From NCBI GenBank assembly GCA_902540805.1, contig CACBON010000003.1:23057-87056 (forward strand): a DNA stretch of 64,000 nt. Reading direction: 5' to 3'. Below are positions 58,915 through 64,000 of the stretch, in pieces. The notes under the pieces are model-generated. The model did not search any database. It saw nothing but the letters and a program-made list of their open reading frames with translations, and had not been told where the DNA came from. Positions within the stretch are counted from its first letter, which is position 1, and each line of letters opens with the position of its first letter. Made by a program: the position numbers and the translations under genes. This stretch comes from an uncultured Alphaproteobacteria bacterium. Lineage in GTDB: Bacteria > Pseudomonadota > Alphaproteobacteria > Methylaequorales > Methylaequoraceae.

Positions 58915-59616
58915 ATGTCAGTTTCACTAAGATTATCAAGAGGTGGTTCAAAAAAAAGACCCTATTACAGAATTGTTGCTGCAGATATAAGATCGCCGAG
59001 AGACGGAAGATATCTTGAAAGACTAGGAACATACAACCCAATGAAACAAAAGAACGACCCTGAAAGAATAAGTTTAAATATTGAAAGAATAAAATATTGG
59101 CTTTCTGTGGGTGCTAAACCTACAGATAGGGTAACAAAGTTTTTAGCCAACGAAGGATTGGCAAAAAAACCTTCGATTCCGAAACAAACCAAACAAGACA
59201 AACCAAAAAAGAAAACACTTGAAAAATTAAAGGCAAAAGAAGAAAAACTTAAATCAAAACAAGAAGTAAAAAATGCAGTTGAAGAAACTTCAGTTTCAAA
59301 AGACGAGGCAGCAGTTCAACCTGCTGATCCACAACCAAGTGCTCCTGAAGAAAAAAAACCAGAGGCAGCAGCACAACCCGCTGATCCTCAACCAAGTGCT
59401 CCTGAAGAAAAAAAACCAGAAGCAGCAGCACAACCCGCTGATCCTCAACCAAGTGCTCCTGAAGATAAAAAACCGGAAGCAGCAACACAACCCGCTGATC
59501 CACAACCAAGTGCTCCTGAAGAAAAAAAACCAGAAGCAGCAGCACAACCTGCTGATCCTCAACCAAATACTTCTGAAGAAATAAAAACAGAAAATGCCGG
59601 AGACAAACCTAATTAA
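58915..59616 (+). CDS. rpsP: 30S ribosomal protein S16 with a C-terminal extension of about 150 aa (Lys-rich linker plus 5 tandem repeats)
   Basis: The N-terminal 82 aa, [42 protein letters not shown]...[13 protein letters not shown], form the S16 core. The rest is low-complexity, and the reading frame stays intact to the TAA at 59614-59616. Confidence 0.93.
   Translation: MSVSLRLSRGGSKKRPYYRIVAADIRSPRDGRYLERLGTYNPMKQKNDPERISLNIERIKYWLSVGAKPTDRVTKFLANEGLAKKPSIPKQTKQDKPKKKTLEKLKAKEEKLKSKQEVKNAVEETSVSKDEAAVQPADPQPSAPEEKKPEAAAQPADPQPSAPEEKKPEAAAQPADPQPSAPEDKKPEAATQPADPQPSAPEEKKPEAAAQPADPQPNTSEEIKTENAGDKPN
59308..59592 (+). repeat. Five head-to-tail 57-bp in-frame tandem repeats inside rpsP
   Basis: The units are 59308-59364, 59365-59421, 59422-59478, 59479-59535 and 59536-59592. 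Each encodes AA(A/V/T)[11 protein letters not shown](E/D)KKPE. Units 2-4 differ pairwise at 2-4 of 57 nt, and unit 5 is degenerate in its 3' half. Confidence 0.95.
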
Positions 59617-59685
59617 CCAAAATAGTTATTAAATATAATTTTAATTTTAGTTATTAATAAATAATAGAGTCTAGGAACACAAGTC

Positions 59686-60180
59686 ATCACATTAAAGTCA
59701 AAAATAATTGTTGCAAGATTTGGGAAAACTTATGGCGTTAACGGAGCAATAATCATTCATAGCTACTTAACAGTGAAAAAAGATATTGTTAATTATAAAA
59801 ATTTTTATGTTGATGGAAAAGAAAAAATTATTGCTAGTTTTGAAGTTAAATCAAATAAGATTTTATGTAAAATTAATGCTGTAAATAACCCAGAAGAAGC
59901 TAAAAAATACTCTGGAAAAATGATTTTTATAGATAGAATTGAATTACCAAAACTTGATAAAAAAAAATTTTATTACAATGACCTAATTCATATGAAAGCA
60001 TATATTAAAAAAAAACAGGTAGGTGTTGTTATGAACGTTAATAATCATGGCGCTGGTGATTATTTAGAAATATTAGATAAAAAAAAAGAAATATTGGTAC
60101 CCTTCAACGATGATCATATTGAAGAAATTGATATTAAAAAAAAAGTGCTTTTTCTAAATCCATCTTATTATGAAATTTAA
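59686..60180 (+). CDS. rimM: 16S rRNA processing protein RimM (5' end uncertain; probable non-canonical start)
   Basis: The tracked ORF starts at the GTG at 59773. However, the frame is open from 59668 and encodes KIIVARFGKTYGVNGAIIIHSY. This matches the conserved RimM N-terminus (E. coli IVLGKMGSSYGIRGWLRV). No ATG/GTG/TTG occurs upstream. The ATC at 59686 lies 9 nt after AGGA (59673-59676). Confidence 0.8.
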   Translation: MTLKSKIIVARFGKTYGVNGAIIIHSYLTVKKDIVNYKNFYVDGKEKIIASFEVKSNKILCKINAVNNPEEAKKYSGKMIFIDRIELPKLDKKKFYYNDLIHMKAYIKKKQVGVVMNVNNHGAGDYLEILDKKKEILVPFNDDHIEEIDIKKKVLFLNPSYYEI

Positions 60181-60877
60181 GATTCTTACTTTATTTCCCG
60201 AAATGTTTCCTGGGCCCTTAGCTCACTCGATTTCAGGAAAAGCATTATCAAAAAAGTTATTTGAGATTGAGGTTATAAATATCAGAGATTTTTCAGATAA
60301 TAAATCAAATTCTGTTGATGAAAAGCCTTTCGGCGGGGGGGCGGGAATGATAATTAAACCTGATGTTATGCAAAATGCTTTGGATTATGCGACAAAAGAT
60401 AATATTAAAAATAAAAAAATTATATTTTTATCTCCAGGGGGTCAAACAGTAAACACTGACGTAGTTAATAAATTAGTTAAGTTTGACGAATTAGTAATTA
60501 TATGCGGAAGATATGAAGGAATTGATGAGAGATTTTTAAAATATAATGCCATAGAAGAATATTCAATCGGTGATTTTATTCTATCTGGGGGAGAAATTCC
60601 CTCAATTATTTTAATTGACACTTGCGTAAGATTAATTCCTGAAGTATTAGGTAATAAAAATAGTTTGAAATTTGAAAGTTTTCAAAACCATTTATTAGAA
60701 TATCCACAATACACCAAGCCAAGCAATTGGAATGGTATTGATGTTCCAGATGTTCTTCTTAGTGGGAATCATAAGGAAATTTCAGATTGGAGGTTGGTAA
60801 AATCAATCGAAAAAACTAAAAGGGTGAGACCTGATTTATATAAGCTTTACTGTAAGAAGAATAAGGGGGGGAAATGA
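60170..60877 (+). CDS. trmD: tRNA (guanine37-N1)-methyltransferase
   Basis: [29 protein letters not shown] and LSGNH are present. Confidence 0.95.
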   Translation: MKFKILTLFPEMFPGPLAHSISGKALSKKLFEIEVINIRDFSDNKSNSVDEKPFGGGAGMIIKPDVMQNALDYATKDNIKNKKIIFLSPGGQTVNTDVVNKLVKFDELVIICGRYEGIDERFLKYNAIEEYSIGDFILSGGEIPSIILIDTCVRLIPEVLGNKNSLKFESFQNHLLEYPQYTKPSNWNGIDVPDVLLSGNHKEISDWRLVKSIEKTKRVRPDLYKLYCKKNKGGK

Positions 60878-61392
60878 CTATACTTGAAAAATTTGAAAAA
60901 AGGCACTTAAAAGAATTACAATCAGACAAAAAATTACCCAAATTTAGCTCTGGTGATACTATCAAAGTCCACTTAAGGGTTAAAGAAGGCGAAAAGGAAA
61001 GAATTCAAGTTTTCGAAGGTGTCTGTATAGCTAGGAAAAATGCAGGCCTAAATTCTTCATTCACTGTAAGGAAAATATCCTATGGTGAAGGAATAGAGAG
61101 GATACTTCCTCTATTTTCTCCCCAAATAAATAAAATTGAAGTGGTGAAGATTGGAAGCGTAAGAAGATCTAAACTTTACTATTTAAGAAACAGGAGTGGG
61201 AAATCTGCCAGAATAGCGGAAAAAAATGTCACATCTCCAATAAATAAAGAACAGGTCAAAAAAAACAATATTTCTGACAAACAACCACCTAATTTAAAAA
61301 AAGATGCAGGTGATAGTAATGAAATTAAAGAAGTTGTGAATGACTCCAATACTTCTGATGTAGAAAAAGAGAAAGTTGATAAAAAAAAATAA
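60874..61392 (+). CDS. rplS: 50S ribosomal protein L19 with a charged C-terminal tail of about 55 aa
   Basis: The L19 core covers aa 1-117 (F.SGDTI.V...[53 protein letters not shown]...GK.ARI.EK). It is followed by a Lys/Asp/Glu/Asn-rich tail. Confidence 0.93.
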   Translation: MTILEKFEKRHLKELQSDKKLPKFSSGDTIKVHLRVKEGEKERIQVFEGVCIARKNAGLNSSFTVRKISYGEGIERILPLFSPQINKIEVVKIGSVRRSKLYYLRNRSGKSARIAEKNVTSPINKEQVKKNNISDKQPPNLKKDAGDSNEIKEVVNDSNTSDVEKEKVDKKK

Positions 61393-61429
61393 TACTTTTT
61401 AGACTTTTTATCGGTTATATATTTATCAT

Positions 61430-62824
61430 ATGAAACCTAAAACTTTATTCGACAAAATATGGGATAGCCATTTAGTAGAAAAGCAGGATGACGGGACCTG
61501 TCTTATCTACATTGACAGACATCTTGTTCATGAGGTGACTAGTCCTCAAGCCTTCGAAGGTCTAAGAAATACTGGAAGATTTGTTCGAAAGCCAAGTCAT
61601 ACTTTTGCTGTTGCTGATCATAATGTACCTACAAGTGACAGATCCAAAGGTATCAAGAACAAAGAAAGTAGAATTCAAGTTGAAACACTGGAGAAAAATT
61701 GTGAGGAATTCAAGGTCAACTTTTTTCCTCTCATCGATAAGAGACAAGGAATCGTTCATATAGTTGGTCCTGAACAAGGTATAACACAACCTGGTATGAC
61801 TATCGTTTGTGGTGATAGTCACACCGCAACCCATGGAGCATTTGGGGCTCTGGCTTTCGGTATTGGAACAAGTGAAGTTGAGCACGTTTTAGCGACTCAA
61901 ACATTAATACAAAAACCAGCAAAAAATATGAGAATTAGTGTTACCGGGAATGTAAGTCCTAGCGTTACTTCCAAGGATATCATTTTAAAAATAATTGGAG
62001 AAATTGGAACCGCTGGTGGAACTGGTTTTGTAATTGAATACTCTGGGGAAGCCATCTCAAAACTCTCTATGGAAGGTAGAATGACCATCTGCAACATGAG
62101 CATCGAAGCTGGGGCGAGGGCAGGGCTAATTGCTCCAGATGACAAAACATTCAAGTATATGAAAGGCAGACCCTATGCTCCCTCTGGAGAAAACTGGAGT
62201 AAAGCAATAAAATATTGGAAAAGTCTCACAACAGAACTTGAGGCAAAATATGACAAAGAAGTACAAATCAAAGCAAGTTCTATAGAACCTCAAGTAACCT
62301 GGGGCACAAGCCCACAGGACGTTGTTTCGATAAATGGAAAAATACCTGATCCAAAGCAAATTTCTGACTCCAAGAGAAGAAGTGCAGTGCAAAGGTCACT
62401 AGATTACATGGGGTTAAAACCAAATCAAAAGATAAAAGACATTGAAATAGACAGAGTGTTTATTGGATCATGTACAAATGGAAGGATTGAGGATCTAAGA
62501 GAAGTTGCGAAGGTGGTAAAGGGTAAAAAAGTAATTGTTAACTCTATGATTGTACCTGGATCCGGACTTGTAAAACAACAAGCAGAAAACGAAGGCATCG
62601 ATAAAATTCTTATTGATGCTGGCTTCGACTGGAGAGAGCCAGGATGCTCGATGTGTCTTGCTATGAACCCTGATCAACTTAAACCAAAAGAAAGATGTGC
62701 TTCTACTTCGAACAGAAATTTTGAAGGAAGACAAGGTCGAGAAGGTAGAACTCATCTTGTAAGTCCAGCCGTAGCAGCGGCTTCTGCTCTCAAGGGTAGA
62801 TTAAGTTTAGTAGAAGATATATAA
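61430..62824 (+). CDS. leuC: 3-isopropylmalate dehydratase large subunit
   Basis: [23 protein letters not shown], the Fe-S cysteines (GSCTNGR, CSMCL) and [10 protein letters not shown] are present. Confidence 0.96.
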   Translation: MKPKTLFDKIWDSHLVEKQDDGTCLIYIDRHLVHEVTSPQAFEGLRNTGRFVRKPSHTFAVADHNVPTSDRSKGIKNKESRIQVETLEKNCEEFKVNFFPLIDKRQGIVHIVGPEQGITQPGMTIVCGDSHTATHGAFGALAFGIGTSEVEHVLATQTLIQKPAKNMRISVTGNVSPSVTSKDIILKIIGEIGTAGGTGFVIEYSGEAISKLSMEGRMTICNMSIEAGARAGLIAPDDKTFKYMKGRPYAPSGENWSKAIKYWKSLTTELEAKYDKEVQIKASSIEPQVTWGTSPQDVVSINGKIPDPKQISDSKRRSAVQRSLDYMGLKPNQKIKDIEIDRVFIGSCTNGRIEDLREVAKVVKGKKVIVNSMIVPGSGLVKQQAENEGIDKILIDAGFDWREPGCSMCLAMNPDQLKPKERCASTSNRNFEGRQGREGRTHLVSPAVAAASALKGRLSLVEDI

Positions 62825-63430
62825 ATGAAGAAATTTGATAAAATACAGGGAATTGCAGCCCCACTTCCAATGATTAATGTTGATACAGACATGATTATTC
62901 CTAAACAATTTCTAAAGACCATCAAAAGATCAGGTTTAGGTAAAAATCTATTTCATGAACTAAGGTATGACATTAATGGTAATTTAAAAAATGATTTCGT
63001 TCTGAATTGGGAATTTTATAAAAAGGCCATGATACTAATTACCGGAGAGAATTTTGGTTGTGGGAGCAGTAGAGAACATGCCCCATGGTCATTATTAGAC
63101 TTTGGTTTTAGATGTATAATAGCGCCTAGTTTCGCAGATATTTTCTTTAATAATTGTTTTAAGAATGGGATTTTGCCAATTAAAGTAAACAATTCTGAAA
63201 ATGATGTTTTAATTAAACAAGCTGAAAATAAAAAGTTAATCACTGTGGATCTGCAAGAACAAACAATTTCATGTGGTAGCAAAGTAAATATCAATTTTGA
63301 AATCGATCCTTTTAGAAAAAAATGTTTATTAGAAGGTCTAGATGACATTGCTCTTACTTTGAAAAAATCAGAAAAAATTGATGATTATGAACTGAAACTC
63401 AAAAAATCCAGATCATGGTTAATGCTTTAA
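62825..63430 (+). CDS. leuD: 3-isopropylmalate dehydratase small subunit
   Basis: [14 protein letters not shown] and [15 protein letters not shown] are present. It abuts the leuC stop. Confidence 0.95.
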   Translation: MKKFDKIQGIAAPLPMINVDTDMIIPKQFLKTIKRSGLGKNLFHELRYDINGNLKNDFVLNWEFYKKAMILITGENFGCGSSREHAPWSLLDFGFRCIIAPSFADIFFNNCFKNGILPIKVNNSENDVLIKQAENKKLITVDLQEQTISCGSKVNINFEIDPFRKKCLLEGLDDIALTLKKSEKIDDYELKLKKSRSWLML

Positions 63431-63457
63431 TCTAGATAAAATAATTTTTAAATAAAA

Positions 63458-64000
63458 TGCAAGCGGAATCATACAACATTTCTATCCTTCCAGGCGATGG
63501 AATAGGAAAAGAAATTTCGGAAGAAGCAAGTAAACTTATTAATTGGATTTCTAATAATGAAAACTTTAAAATAAGTTTATTTGAAGAATATGTGGGTGGT
63601 TCATCAATTGATAAATATGGAACTCCTCTGTCAGATGAAACATTAAAGAGAATAAGGCAGTCCGATGCTATTATATTAGGAGCAGTTGGAGGACCAAAAT
63701 GGGAGAAAATGGATTTTGAAAAAAGACCTGAAAGAGGCCTTCTTAAGATTAGAAAAGAACTAGATTTATTCGCAAACTATAGACCTGCAATAGTATTCGA
63801 ACCTCTGATAGATTCATCGAGTTTAAAGCCAGAGGTAATTAAAGGTTTAGACATATTGATTATAAGAGAGTTAACTAGCGGAATATATTTTGGAGAGCCA
63901 AGAGGTATTGAAAAAATTAGTGAGGAAAACTATAGAGGATATAATACGCTTGAATATACAAGCAACGAAATCAGAAGAATAGCAGAAGTAGCTTTTGAAA
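63458..64000 (+). CDS. leuB: 3-isopropylmalate dehydrogenase (5' part; runs off the window end)
   Basis: It is not in the ORF track because there is no stop within the window. Hand translation from the ATG at 63458 gives MQAESYNISILPGDGIGKEI...AIILGAVGGPKW...LRKELDLFANYRP...IIRELTSGIYFGEPRG, which is classic LeuB. Confidence 0.9.

Noticed and set aside
59249-59584. Three long ORFs in other frames or on the other strand across the rpsP repeat region (59249-59566 minus, 59273-59584 plus, 59296-59562 minus).
   Set aside because: They stay open only because the 57-bp unit lacks stop codons in those frames and is copied five times. Their products are repetitive nonsense (for example LLKKKNQ.QQHNPLI). 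The S16 frame is continuous with a conserved N-terminal domain.
59308-59592. Possibility that the regular repeats are a CRISPR array.
   Set aside because: The units are directly adjacent with no spacers, are 57 bp long, are in frame within a conserved gene, and show no palindromic repeat structure or nearby cas genes.

Overview
The window is visibly very AT-rich (roughly 30% G+C by eye, not computed) and extremely gene-dense. I call about 73 protein-coding genes. By hand tally only about 1 kb of the 64 kb is non-coding. Many neighbouring genes overlap by 1-35 nt, and TTG starts are frequent.

The content is alphaproteobacterial core housekeeping, in these blocks:
- udg-moaB
- a PepSY / response regulator / histidine kinase module
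- mutY <> DUF721-dsbA-smc-atpI-atpB-atpE-atpF'-atpF-thrB-rnhA
- prx + ScsB/DsbD-like
- the aa3 cytochrome oxidase cluster ctaC-ctaD-ctaB-(29-aa ORF)-ctaG-ctaE-surf1-thrC
- tldD, gshA-rsmE <> ubiA, pmbA-cysQ-msbA-DUF374-waaA-lpxK
- xseA <> purD, tadA, rsmD
- a long minus-strand chain: ribF-ileS-lspA-(2 lipoproteins)-M16-M16-pgi-mutL
- dapF-mtaB-ftsY <> ffh-rpsP-rimM-trmD-rplS-leuC-leuD-leuB

Composition, compaction and synteny fit a streamlined SAR11/Pelagibacterales-like genome. That assignment is inference; no search was run.

I saw no rRNA, tRNA, CRISPR array, transposase, integrase, phage or recognisable defence genes. I did not find a convincing novel multi-gene system, and this looks like an ordinary core region.

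The observations most worth a second look are:
1. Five near-identical in-frame 57-bp tandem repeats form a long tail on ribosomal protein S16. L19, in the same operon, also carries a tail.
2. The conserved N-terminus of rimM lies upstream of any ATG/GTG/TTG.
3. An untracked 29-aa membrane ORF sits, translationally coupled, between ctaB and ctaG.
4. Two uncharacterised Q/N/P/Y-rich lipoprotein genes lie directly downstream of lspA.
5. An orphan terminator-like hairpin lies upstream of ffh.
6. A ScsB-type reductant transporter is coupled to a signal-less 1-Cys peroxiredoxin.
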